From NCBI RefSeq assembly GCF_006345805.1, contig NC_043005.1, positions 18,724,001-18,788,000 on the forward strand: a stretch of 64,000 bases of DNA, read 5' to 3'. Position numbers and translations under genes: made by a program. A model generated the notes under the pieces. It was given only the letters and a program-made list of their open reading frames with translations. It was not told the DNA's origin and did no database searches. The DNA is from Octopus sinensis. Taxonomy: Eukaryota. Positions 37,540-50,819 of the stretch are shown piece by piece (position 1 is the stretch's first letter; each line of letters begins with the position of its first letter).

Positions 37540-37830
37540 CCGTGGGAAATAGCTGATTTTGGATGCAATTTTCGCAACTGCTTGACAACATGACCTTAAA
37601 ATATATTTAGCAGGAGCAAGTAAACTCTATACATAAAAAAATGGTGTCTCAGAATTTAGAGAAGAGCTTACAAAGAATGTTTGAATAATTCACTTAGAGA
37701 TACTGAAGTACTTCACATCTTTGAGAAACTTTAGCGGCAATAAGCAAAAGTGTCTACAATGTGCTGGAAAGAATCTATCGGGAAAAATTCAGGAAGAATC
37801 GACATGTGTAGTTTGAGAAAAAACTTCATT
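37540..37830 (+). pseudogene. Possible decayed piggyBac transposase C-terminal fragment
   Basis: WMQFSQLLDNMTLKYI, EFREELTK and KQKCLQCAGK resemble the piggyBac ..LD.A..NA.I / .FR..I / C..C motifs. Confidence 0.35.
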
Positions 37831-38028
37831 TCGGTTGGTTTTGAGTTCAAAATGTAGGCCATTGCATTTGACGAAACAGTATTTCAAAGACAATATATAC
37901 ATCCTCTGATATGACTGACTTATGAAGTTATACAAACTTTATACACATTTTACTTGAGGTTAAGATTACAGTGGTGTCTTCATATCATCTACGCACATTA
38001 ATGATTTAGAATTTCCAAAATAAACTAT

Positions 38029-38196
38029 GCAGGAGTGGCTGTGTGGTAAGTAACTTGCTTACCAACCACATGGTTCTGGGTTCAGCCACACTGCGTGGCA
38101 CCTTGGGCAAGTGTCTTCTACTATAGCCCCGCCGACCGAAGCCTTGCGCGTGGGTTTGGTAGACGGAAACTGAAAGCAGCCTATTATATATATATT

Positions 38197-38270
<74 letters not shown>

Positions 38271-38630
38271 TAAATTAGAGATAAAACCACTATTAGGCAA
38301 TTCAATCAGTGATAGACAAAAAGCAAAACATAAAAAACAAAAAATAAATATAATTAATATAATATATATATAAAATATAAAATTTAAAATTTAAATTATT
38401 AAAATTTGAATTTTTAAAATTTATATATGACTTTGTGTCTGTGTTTGTAAATCCACCATCGCTTGACAACCGATATTGGTGTGTTTACGTCCCAATACGT
38501 TGCCGGTTCGGCAAAAGAGCACAACAGAATAAGTACTAAGAATAAGACCTGGGGTCGATTTGCTCGACTAAAGGCAGTATCCCAACATGGCCGCAGTCAG
38601 ATGACTGAAACACCTAAAAGAATAAAAGAA
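38029..38630 (+). mobile_element. SINE family B with an AT-rich insertion in its internal microsatellite
   Basis: Head at 38029-38185, tail at 38430-38630. Confidence 0.9.
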
Positions 38631-39272
38631 GAGTGATTGGCCAAGACCCACTTACCATACGCTACAATAATCCCTATCACTGATAAACTATTTCATATCT
38701 ACCATTTTTGCTGCTACGTTTATTACGGGTGCAAACATCACTTCTACTGTGGCTCTCCAGATGCTACACTTCACACTTTTCCATTGTATACTGTGTCCGG
38801 TAATCCTAAGGGACTGATTAAATATCAACTACTACTTCTTTCCGAGAATTCTCTATCCATCCATTTTCTTACTATATTCAACAGACAGATGCTCAAGCTG
38901 AACATCGATCGTTTCGATCTCACAAGAGTGAAAGCACAAACAAAACCAACTATCATATATATCAGACTATGTCCTTCAAACGAATGAGACTATGGAGATG
39001 AAATCATGATTTAAGTATAAACAAGCGAAAACACCTGAGTTAACAAGGTTTAACTCAACTCGGAATAGAATACTGTTTCAACTTCTGGGACGGCACATTT
39101 GCCACGTAAAAAGACATAAATTGGTCACCTGAGTTTGTTGCCAATACTCTCCAGGATCGATTTGTTCGATCAGTCCCCAGCTTGGCTGCAGCCCAATGAG
39201 TGAAACAAGTAAAAGAATGTATATTCAAGTTCTTGTTTTCAGTTATTTCATGTATAAATATATAAGATGGTT

Positions 39273-39500
39273 AAGGCGGCGAGCTGGCAGAAACGTTAAC
39301 ACGTCTGGTGAAATGCTTAGCGGTATTTCGTCTCCCGCTACGTTCTGAGTTCAAATTCCGCCGAGGTTGACTTTGCCTTTCATCCTTTCGGGGTCGATAA
39401 ATTAAGTACCAGTTACGCACTGGGGTCGATGTAATCGACTTAATCTGTTTGTCTGTCCTTGTTTGTCCTCTCTGTGTTTAGCCCCTTGTGGGTAGTAAAG
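39273..39500 (+). mobile_element. Full-length SINE family C
   Basis: AAGGCGGCGAGCTGGCAGAAACGTT...GGGTAGTAAAG; possible 9-bp TSD atataagat. Confidence 0.9.
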
Positions 39501-40878
39501 ATATAAGATATAGAATACTCTCCAAATTGCGGCCCATATATATACGACTTCATCTTCTACTTTTATGAACCTGTTGGTCTCGTTACATCGACTCAGGATC
39601 GCCTCAGTCATTCAACTTGCATTATTCTGTTCACTCACAGGCCTCACACTAACAAATTCTAATCGTTTCTTTTCTAAACATTGTTTCACTGGAATTTTGT
39701 GCATGTCCTTGTTTTCGCTGTAGCTTTTTTTCTGTTCAAGACAAGCATTAACCATATCGATCACATCAGTATTGAAGGCTCGGAGCATGGTGGAAGCTGA
39801 GGACACAACCTAACCAAGCCATCGAAAAACATCTAAAAACTTGCCGTATTCAACTGAAACATCTTTTCAGAGCAATGGGTTAACTCACATAAAAGTTTTC
39901 TTTACTAAAATATTATACTTTAACTCCTATGATAATGCAGAGAATCTTTTGTGGCATCATCATTGGTGTGCTAGACAACACAAGATAACTGACATGATGT
40001 GTGTGTGTGTAAAGAACAGCGGATGTAATCTGCAGTCAACACAACAAAATCTACTTAAACACTAATAACAGAATTTTCACAAAAATTATCTGAATAAGCT
40101 TTAAATTCTGGTATTTAGAGTCAAAAGCTATTTCCTTTAAATTGTCAAAAAAAAAGCGGATATTATGTTGAAAACAAGACTTGACATATTGCTCTTTTAA
40201 TCAAATGAAGACTGCCAAGTTTATTTACTGACACTCTAAAAATGGATAAAGCATTCGCTAAAATTACAAAGTCTTCCAGCAAACATTTTGAAAGATCTAT
40301 GGAATATTTCTCTCCATGTACTCCGTGCAAGTAGTAGTAGTAGTAGTAGTGTGTGTGTGTGTGTGTGTGGGTGGGTGTGAAAGAGAGAGATGTGAAGTGT
40401 GTATGCGTTTATAATCGCAAGTCACTGAAAGAGAATGAAGGTTTTCTTCAAGTATCAAAAATCCGCTTGTGCTTGACCATCCGTCATCTTGCAAAATCAA
40501 TATGAAAGGAAACAAAAGAACAGCAAGAAGAAAAAGTAATTCAAAAATAGAAGCACGAATGTGGATTAGAAAAGAGAAATGCGACGAAGGATACATTTAA
40601 TCTGTATATATATAGACGTTTATGTATTTGTATTGCAAGATTCTTGATGTGAAACCATGTGTTGAAACAGATATTATTGTATTTCGGGATAGATATTTTT
40701 GTTTGCCAAATACACACACATGAGAACGAACGACGTCACAGATGTGTGGCGTAAGATTTCCGGACAATGCATATGAGGTAAATAAGAACAATAATAAATG
40801 TGTGAAGAACGAATATATAGTTCCTGTGTTTATTTGGAATAGAAAAGTAACCATCCCGAAATACAATATATATATATA

Positions 40879-41128
40879 TGGTGGAGGTCTTCGTCTTTGC
40901 GCGAAGAGATGCTAGATTGAAGGGTCCACTATGAAGCGATGGCATATGTTGATGGAAGGCGAGTCCTGGGAGAAATAAAAGAGGTTGGCGCTAGGGTTCA
41001 TCCTTGCTTTGATAGGAAACAGATATGTGAGGTCATTTTGATGGCATATCCTACCCACCATGACGTCGTGAAGGGAGCGGACCAAGGTAATGACGTCCTC
41101 CGGACATCCAAACCGAGCAATGACAGCC
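40879..41128 (-). pseudogene. RTE-clade LINE RT fragment (inverted segment)
   Basis: AVIARFGCPEDVITLVRSLHDVMVGRICHQNDL ... SGPFNLASLRAKTKTST matches RTE/BovB FGCP..F...IR.LHDGM and GKLFNL.RL.AKTK. Confidence 0.85.
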
Positions 41129-41275
41129 CGTGAGATGCAGTATGTGCACGACAGTGCCACCTCGACCCGGACCGTAGATGGCCTACAAAGGACGACCGAT
41201 TTTTACAACGCGGCTTATGAACGCTTCAATTACGCGCTGACCATCCAGAACACCGATCATAATTTTTCCTTATTA
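41121..41275 (+). pseudogene. RTE-clade LINE RT fragment (YADD region)
   Basis: TAREMQYVHDSA...LQRTTDFYNAAYERFNYALTIQNT matches RE..YADD.A....LQ...D.F..A...F...I...KT. Confidence 0.75.
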
Positions 41276-42026
41276 CTGTTTTGAGGAACGAGGCTTGTCA
41301 CCTCTTTTGTTAAAGTCTATTAAATACGTGCGTCCGGTGTTTGCTTTGTACAAATCCGTGTGTAAGTTGTGTAAACAATATACTCATTGATGCATGAGCG
41401 AGAAAGTGAGACAGCCCTGTTCATATGTGTAGAGGATTTATAAAAATATGGTTCCATATACGATTTAAAGTTTGCTCACGGTTTCGCAGTTTTGTAACAT
41501 GGTTTTTTCGCCTGAAGATTCGTAATGAAAGTTCAAGCAAAACGATAATCTTTTAACAAGAATTCGAATTATGCAGCCTGTGGAAATGTGGCATGAAACA
41601 CATGAATATCAACAATTTTGTTTTGCTTCTTTTTCTGAAGCTGAAAATCAAAATCGTAAAGAGCCAGGCTCGAAAGTTTTCATAAGACAGACGTCATTTT
41701 TCTATAAGTAATTACATTTATATAGGTTCAATATAAGCTGGTTACTGTTCAGTTACAGAAGATTGGCACCTGCTGAAGAGGAGCGTTAAGACGATTTAGT
41801 TCAGTATTTCATCAGACATTAGTGTCAATATTGTAAATCTCATCAATTGCTTTACTGAATAGATAAATCTAGCATTTTCCTTTGATCAGTATATTGCTTT
41901 TACTAGTCACTTTTTTTTATATCTTACAATTCATCAGAAATGCTGTATATACACACACACAAACACACGCACATATACGTATGTATGTAAATATATATAT
42001 ATACATAATGTATATATATACGTGTG

Positions 42027-42066
<40 letters not shown>

Positions 42067-42104
42067 TGTATATATATATGTATGTATGTATGTATGCATG
42101 TATG

Positions 42105-42138
<34 letters not shown>

Positions 42139-42306
42139 TGTATGTATGTATGTATATGTACATATGGGTGGCGGCCTTCTCTCGTATCCAAGTATTGATT
42201 TTCATCTTTGCTGAATTCTTCCTTTATGGTGATGTCGTTGATGATTCTGCCGACCAATTCTTGCATAGCAGAGACGATGGCATTGACGGTATTGCAATTA
42301 ATGTAG

Positions 42307-43111
42307 GAGCCAGTCCTGATTGAATTTAACTTGAAGTTCCAAAATACTGGCAAGGCACAATATGTGTACAAATGGTCCTATTACCATGAAACGTGACTCT
42401 TAAGTATGCTTAAGTATGGATTAATTAATTATGAGATAATCAACTTGCGTAATTAATAATTTAATTAGACTTTAAGCTCCACTAATGAATTATATTGAAT
42501 ATTACTCCTTAGACACAAGTGTTACTTAAATGAAAACTTACGAAAAAAAAAGGGCATGGAAAAACAAATTAAGTAGTTTTAATTAGACACGTAATTAGGA
42601 ATTAATTAGATTTTCTGCTCCAGCGTCAATTACTTCGCAGTATTGTTCACTAAACCCAACTAAATCTATTCATGTCACGTAAGAACCATTTTAGGTAATG
42701 GAAAATCCATAGCTAATTTTAGGTAATCCATACTTAAAATGGTTCTTACGTGACATGAATAGACTCAGTTGGGTTTAGTGAACAATTCTACGAAGTAATT
42801 GATGTTGGAGCAGAAAGTCTAATTAATCCCTAATTAAGAGTCTAATTAAAGCTTCTTAACTTGTCTTTCCATACCCGTTTTTCTCTTAAGTTTTATTTAA
42901 GTATCACTTGTGTCTAAGGAGTAATATTCAATGTGATTCATTACTGGAGTTTAAAGTCTAATTCAATTATTTATTTACGCAAGTTGATTATCTCATAATT
43001 AATTAATCCATACCTAAGCATACTGAAGAATCACGTCTCATGGTATTAGGACCATTTGTGTGCCTTGCCAGTATTTTGGAGATTCACGTCTAATCAAATC
43101 AGGACTGACTC
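42307..43111. mobile_element. About 805-bp foldback element with about 390-bp diverged inverted arms
   Basis: e.g. ttcatgtcacgtaagaaccatttt / aaaatggttcttacgtgacatgaa; aatactggcaaggcac / gtgccttgccagtatt; spacer of about 24 bp. Confidence 0.9.
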
Positions 43112-43519
43112 TCGGTCTAAATGTTGGTGGAGGACGGTGGGGATTTTGTCGAGCAATTCTCTCCTGTCGTTTGATCTTTTCTTTTTTTTACTAGTCGCTT
43201 CGACCACCACTTAATACGAATAAATAAAGAAATAACCACCACTTGATACTGTCTCGGGCTTGTGTCTCAAACGATTTAGGCTCAATTCCAGTACCTTTTA
43301 GAGTTGCTTTGAGTTGGTACTTGTATCTTCGAAAAATTCATGGAGGGATTTGCTAAAAATGTAAAACTGGTTAAATTGTGTCGGTTGCATGAGAATCCAC
43401 CTACTATAATGGAATACGAAAAACTGAAAATAAAAAATTTGAATGTAATTTTTGTGAAAAAAAACCCACAATTAAAATAGTTATTCATTTATGAAAAGGA
43501 GAAAAACTGTCTAAATGTA

Positions 43520-43900
43520 ATCACTTGACTTCGGGGATCGAGTGGGCATAAGTTCCCCAAGTTAATGTATGTCACGTTTTGTATTGTCCCATTCTTTGTA
43601 TAGCTCCCTGTGAGTAAAAGAAAATCACCTTGTATATTCGAAGAGGACAACCCCGTGGTTGTTTGCCTGACGTGAGCTCACTGAATAAGACTTGGCGGGA
43701 GAACCTTTACTCTTCCATTCTTGCTACATGTCCTGACCACCAAAGACAGTGTTTCATGTTCATCGATTCGATACTTTGACTGCTGGCTCTTTTCAGGGCT
43801 TTGTTGTTGGATACATAGTGTTTCCATTCGATGCTCAATATCGAATGAAGCTTTTGTTGGAGAAAGCATTCTAATTTATGGACGTCGCTACGATATGGAG
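43520..43900 (-). pseudogene. RTE-clade LINE ORF C-terminal fragment
   Basis: ILSIEWKHYVSNNKALKRASSQSIESMNMKHCLWWSGHVARMEE*RFSRQVLFSELTSGKQPRGCPLRIYK matches RTE W.GHV.RM...R.P..L..EL..G.R..G.P. Confidence 0.85.
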
Positions 43901-44368
43901 TTCAGGTTTCGCTGCCATATATATATATATGCGCCCACTCACACAAAAACACACACATGTACGCGTAACTGAAAACATTATGTATCTAGAATCATTTTGG
44001 ATAATGATATTTTCGTAACAGACAGGAAAGCCTAACAATGCAGAGAATAAGACATGAATTTAATTCATGTGTCTTTAGAGCTTTAAATTTTCGATTATTA
44101 ATTTTTTTTTCTCAAAAAGATGTTTTATAAATCATATCTCGTCTATGCCCGAAAGCCGACTGAAAAATTTACCAAACAACCGTTGGAAGCAGCAAGGTTT
44201 CCCTTCTCTAGCATTCATTATGGTGTTTGATACTTAACCAAAGTCAAATCTATAATTTTTCTGTATTATTTAGGAGATCAAAGTAGTAACATGAATAAAA
44301 TATTTAACTAATAAATTACCTTGAATCGTCTGATTCATGTAGGATGATATTGAAATATACGTATGGCT

Positions 44369-44399
<31 letters not shown>

Positions 44400-44709
44400 A
44401 ATATGCATGCCGCTGTAATTGAAATATATGAGGCATTTAGAAGTATTACATTATAATGTTCCTCTAGGTATATTACTGGAAACCTAACAATGCGAAGAAT
44501 AAAAGATATCATTTTACTAATTTAAAATATTTTGCATCATTAAATTTTCAAACATACATTCTTTAAATCACTCACTTTTCCCTCTAATTTCTGTTTATGC
44601 GTCTATACGTATGTATAATTTATGTATTTATATGTGTATGTATGTGCGTTTGTTTTTGTATATTTGTAGGTATATATATTTGTGTATATACAACTATTTA
44701 TATAAATAC

Positions 44710-44756
<47 letters not shown>

Positions 44757-45212
44757 TGTATGTATGTATGTATACAGAGAGAGAGAAAGGTTGATGAATA
44801 CGTCAGTGTAGATTAAAAAAACTGAAATAAATTTGAATGTTAGAAAGCCTATTCTCTACTGTTGATATTCGGGTACAGTTGATGGAAGTCTCTTGATGGA
44901 CCGCTTCACGGATTGTTAAGAAAACCTCAAAAAAGAGTTACTTTTCCACTTGATAGTATGGATGAGCTGCATACATACGTGTCTGAATATATATATATAT
45001 ATATATGTATGTATGCATGCATGTTTGTGTGTATGTATGTATGTATGTATGTATGTGTGTGTGTATGTGTGTATGCATGTATATATATATATATATATAT
45101 ATATGCACATACATATACATATATATACAACGAAGACAGAAAATGGAGAAATACCAATGGACAACCTTTGACTATATCGATTATTATTATAATTCAATAC
45201 AAATAGACTGCA

Positions 45213-45332
45213 TCCCGACTAACAGCTGTTTCTGCTTCGAATGTTGTATGGTATTGCTATTGATATGCTAAAAATATTTATCATATTTGGTAATAAAACC
45301 GATCTGAATCATGGAGCTTCATCAGAGTGAAA
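45213..45332 (-). ncRNA. Degenerate type I hammerhead-like motif with a long loop II
   Basis: Minus strand: CACU-CUGAUGA-AGCU...AGCA-GAAA-CAGCUG-UU-AGUC; canonical core, palindromic stem III, weak stems I and II. Confidence 0.45.
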
Positions 45333-45384
45333 GGTAGTGTAATGGATACTCCTATCCCTTAGATGTTATATTAGCTAACCTAAT

Positions 45385-45441
<57 letters not shown>

Positions 45442-45894
45442 CTGTCTGTGTGTGTAATGCAATATACAATGTATTCTTTTCCTGACCCATAAGACTCTTA
45501 ATACCGATATCTCAGTTGGCATGATGTGTAAGTGACTGAGATTACAACATTACCCCTGAACGGGATGCTGGTCCTTTGCAGCGTTGCAGGCTAGCAGTTT
45601 TGGAGGACGATCGCAAGTGGGATTGTCGGTGATCGCAAGTGGGATTGTCCGACGAGCGAATGATTCTGCCAGAACACCAGCCTCGAGTGTATATTAGGTT
45701 TTGGAAAGTGAATGCGGGTTTACGGTCACGGTTAAATTATATGTTTCGTTACAAAGTCTAAGCATTTATAAAAAAGATGCTCGGATTTCTCTGCTGGCGA
45801 AAAATATTGGGAGAAGTTCGGTCTTCACTATGTTTATCATTATTTGAAGTTTCAATAAAGAAGGAATACTTTCATATCATGTTTCTGCAAATAT

Positions 45895-46115
45895 TGGTTT
45901 CACGTTCTGGTAAAAGACCAAGAATTTCGGGGGGGGGGGGGGGGGTATGAGTCGATTGCATTGACCCAAGCGGTCAAGTGGTACTTATTTTATCGAGCTC
46001 GGAGAAGACGAAAGGCAAAGTTGACCTGGGCGGAATTCGAACTCAGGACTCAAGGATGGACGAAGGGCCACTAATCATTGTCCACCGCGGTAACGACTGT
46101 GCCAGCTTACCGCCT
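45895..46115 (-). mobile_element. SINE family C, diverged
   Basis: gaaaggcaaagttgacctgggcggaattcgaactcag. Confidence 0.75.
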
Positions 46116-46147
46116 TAATATTTGTGCCAATATTGATACTTATATAA

Positions 46148-46715
46148 GAAGGCGAGCTGGCAGAAACGTTAGCACGACGCACAAAATGCTTACCTGTGGG
46201 TGGTAAAGAAATAGGTATTTCGTCTGTCATTACGTTCTGCGTTCAAATGTTGCCGAGGTCGACTTTGCCTTTCATCCTTTCGGGGTCGATTATATAAGTT
46301 CCAGTTATGCCCTGGGGTCGATGTTATCGACTTAATCCGTTTGTCTGTCTTTGATTGTCCCCTCTGTGTTTAGCCCATTGTGGTTAGTAAAGAAATAGAA
46401 ATAGGTATTTCGTCTGCAGTTACGTTCTGAGTTCAAATTCTGCCGAGGTCGACTTTGCCTTTCAACTTTTCGCAGTCGATAAATTAAGTACCGGTTACGC
46501 ATTGGGGTCGTTGTAATTGACTTAATCCCTTTGTCTGTCCTTGTCTGTCCCCTCTATGTTTATCCCCTTGTGGGCAATAAAGAAATAAGAAACATTAGCA
46601 CGCCGCGCAAAATGCTTAGCGATGTAAATTCCGCCAATGTCGACTTTGCCTTTTATCCTTTCGCAGTCGATAAATTAAGTACCAGTTGTATACTGGGGTA
46701 GATCTTATCGACTAG
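46148..46715 (+). mobile_element. Head-to-tail array of about 4 partial SINE family C units
   Basis: Core repeated at about 46225, 46415 and 46625 with tail-to-body junctions. Confidence 0.9.
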
Positions 46716-46973
46716 TCTCATAGAAACGAACAAGAACGTAACGGACGACAATGAAAAACATACGGACAGAAGGACGATACAAGGACGGGCAGGAAAACCA
46801 GGACGGAACATTTGTGGCTTTTTATTCTTCAGCCAAGCTTCCAATCATCATTACTGTTTCGGCCTGTTACGATATAAATCAGCCACATAAATAAAATATC
46901 TTCCACCGAAGATCTTCCATGTATTTTCTATCAAACGAAAATGTTTTCTGAAGGCTTTAGTCGATCAGAGGTA

Positions 46974-47380
46974 TACTCTTTTACTCTTTTAATTGTTTCA
47001 GTCATTTGACTGCGGCCATGCTGGAGCACCACCTTTAGTCGAGCAAATCGACCCCAGGACTTATTCTTTGTAAGCCTAGTACTTATTCTATCGGTCTCTT
47101 TTGCCGAACCGCTAAGTTACGGGGACGTAAACACACCAGCATCGGTTGTCAAACGATGTTGGAGGGACAAACACAGACACACAAACTCACACACACACAT
47201 ATATATATATACATATATACGACGGGCTTCTTTCAGTTTCCGTCTACCAAATCCACTCACAAGGCTTTGGTCGGTCCGAGGCTATAGTAGAAGACACCTG
47301 CCCAAGGTGCCACGCAGTGGGACTGAACCCGGAACCATGTGGTTTGTTAGCAAGCTACTTACCACACAGCCACTCCTGCG
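46974..47380 (-). mobile_element. SINE family B, close to consensus
   Basis: Full match. Confidence 0.9.
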
Positions 47381-47834
47381 TATGTTCGAAGACATCTTAT
47401 CAATGGTTGGACACTAGGATGTAATCCAGAACTGGATGAGGTAGCATATCCACAAGTCACACCAGGACCCTTAGCGATTATAAGTTAACCGTGAACTACT
47501 GTAAATTGCTTTCGCCATCAAATAAATATCAAAACCTATTCGGAGACTGAAGAGAAAGTGAGTTTACCAACTAAAAACTTTAGTTATTCAACCGGCTCCA
47601 ATACCAATCGTAGTAGAATTGTTTATAGAATAACTTTTAGTAATTGCCAAACGTTAAATATGAAATATATATTATGGTTTTGAGTAAATGTTAGGAATGA
47701 AAGAAACAAAAACAGATTTAAAAACTAAAATTATTCCATAAATATTTATTTCCCTAAGCCTTCATTTTATCGCTCATAAATATTTAAACAGCCTCATTAC
47801 AAATAATGTTGATTGAAAGTTTTATTACCGAACT

Positions 47835-48303
<469 letters not shown>

Positions 48304-48619
48304 TCAATAGGCGCACATTAATTTAGGCAGTTACATAGTTAGTTCATCTACAATAAATATTTGATTGCTGAGACTCGATATCGAATAACAGCTAGCTAGG
48401 GGGGATATTAATCTATGTTGATGTGAATTAAACGGGAAGAATAGAATAGACTTCCAATATATCCTATAAGGTAAATATAGAACATTGGCAACAAGATACA
48501 TATAATATAACCTTGTCACACGAAACATTTCACTATTATAAAAGTAGGGATTGTATCAGTCAGCACTCACCACACATTTGCGCATGCATGTTAAAAGGCC
48601 TAGAAAAGAATAGTTTTTG

Positions 48620-48875
48620 AAAGAGCTGGCAGAATCGTTAGCACACCGGGCGAAATGCTTAGCGCCTGCCGTTACGTATTGGGTTCAAATTCTGCCGAGG
48701 TCGACTTTGCCTTTTATCATTCGGGGTCGATTAAATAATTACCAGATGTAATCGACCTTCATCATTTCACCATTTCGGGGTCGATTAAATAATTACCAGA
48801 TGTAATCGACTTAATCCCTTTGTCTGTCCTTCTTTGTCCCCTCTATGTTTAGCCCTCTGTGGGCAATAAAGAAAT
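48620..48875 (+). mobile_element. SINE family C with an internal tandem duplication of about 40 bp
   Basis: attcggggtcgattaaataattaccagatgtaatcgac occurs twice. Confidence 0.85.
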
Positions 48876-49543
48876 ATACAAGCGTAACCTCTAAGCCAAA
48901 TAACAATATCAATAGTGCTGTGGTGATGATTTGCCAACTGACGGATTATATTGTAGTACTTGTAGTTCTGAAACAACGTGTTTTGTGATATATCACAACC
49001 TATAACATCTGGAATTTGTCTTAAAGGAAGAAAAATATGATAGAATAAAATGTAGAACCCTTTGATGTTCCCCACGTGTATAGTATATACTGATTACACA
49101 TGGTTAATATCCAATAGAATATCCACTAAATAGGCAACCGATGTATATAAAATCTTATGTATTAATATAAATGGCACAAAATGTAAAATCTTTATGTAAA
49201 TGTAAAAGAAATCATTACAAAGGTATGAGCTGGCTCAGATTTTTGTCACTAAGGGCACTATAGTGATAATAAAAATACGGGAATGCCGGTTCACATTCGC
49301 ATCTACAGAATTGGAAGACTAAGAAAAACAATCTGATTGGATATCAATCAGAGTGATATATCAATGATGCTTCGAAGTTAGACTTCACAATATCGGTATT
49401 TTATCCATCAGAAACTATGCTTCAGAACATGGATAATATGTTACCCTTCAGAAACTATGCTCCAGAACATAAAATCCGAGGATACAAGTAGATTAAAGTT
49501 TTTTTTATTTTTTTTATTTTCATATGATGTTTGTGGTTCATAC

Positions 49544-49924
49544 TCTTTACTCTTTACTCTTTTACTTGTTTCAGTCATATGACTGCGGCCATGCTAGAGC
49601 ACCGCCTTTAGTCGAGGAAATCGACCCCAAGGACTTATTCTTTGTAAGCCTAGTACTTATTCTATCGGTCTCTTTTGCCGAACCGCTAAGTTACGGGTAC
49701 GTAAACACACCAACATCGGTTGTCAAGCGATGTTGGAGGGGACAAACGCAGACACACAAACATACACACATGCATGCATATATACACATATATACGACGG
49801 GCTTCTTTCAGTTTCCCTCTACCAAATCCACTCACAAGGCTATGGTCGGCCGAGGCTATAGTAGAAGACACTTGCCCAAGGTGTCACGCAGTAGGACTGA
49901 ACTCGGAACCATGTGGTTGGTAAG
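49544..49924 (-). mobile_element. SINE family B, head-truncated
   Basis: Match to the B consensus. Confidence 0.9.
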
Positions 49925-50215
49925 ACAGACGTATGATTACTTTCATAGGAGAAGCTCAGCACATACCATACATCATCGCCGAGGTAATGAGAAAGAAACG
50001 AGTAAAATTGCTTGATTATGCAGTAAGAAGTCTCTGCAGAAACCTTCCAAATCCGAAATACTTGGCATATCGCTTCATATGTTAACTTTCGTGACCCGTA
50101 AAACACCGGCTTACATCTTCCAACAGCAACAAGTAAGTAAGCGAAGTGGGTAGCGGAAGTCCAACTAGTTAAAGAGAAAAGGTTCAAGTCTCCGAAGAGT
50201 GAGAAACTAAGTACA

Positions 50216-50672
50216 TTACATACATACATACATACATGCATACATACATAGATACATACATATATGCATGCATACATGCATACATACATACATACATACA
50301 TGCATGCATGCATACATATATACATACATACATACATATATGCATGCATGCATGCATACATACATACATACATGCATGCATGCATGCATACATACATACA
50401 TACATACATACATACATACATACATACATACATACATACATACATACATACATACATACATACATACATACATACATACATACATACATACATACATACA
50501 TACATACATACATACATACATACATACATACATACATACATACGTTCGTGAGTGAGTGAGTGAGTGAGTGAGTGAGTGAGTGAGTGAGTGAGTGAGTGAG
50601 TGAGTGAGTGAGTGAGTGAGTGAGTGGGTGAGTGAGTGAGTGAGTGAGTGAGTGAGTGAGTGAGTGAGTGAG
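50216..50672. repeat. (CATA)n/(CATG)n followed by (GAGT)n
   Basis: Directly visible. Confidence 0.95.
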
Positions 50673-50819
50673 GGTAGTACTTTTTGTAGCGGAGAAGGTC
50701 GACTGATGAGACAGCACAACTATAGATAAGTGGCTGGAGTCTGTTGGTGAACGACTTCATACCAGTTATATAGGTTGCCTTTCAAAGAGACTGTCTGGAA
50801 TACTTTTATATGCTAGAGT

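Noticed and set aside
41505-41540. CTGAAGA...GAAA spacing suggesting an HHR
   Set aside because: No stem I or stem II pairing.
46840-46900. Hammerhead on the minus strand (GGCC-GAAA-CAG-UA)
   Set aside because: The core position reads TTATGT, too far from CUGANGA.
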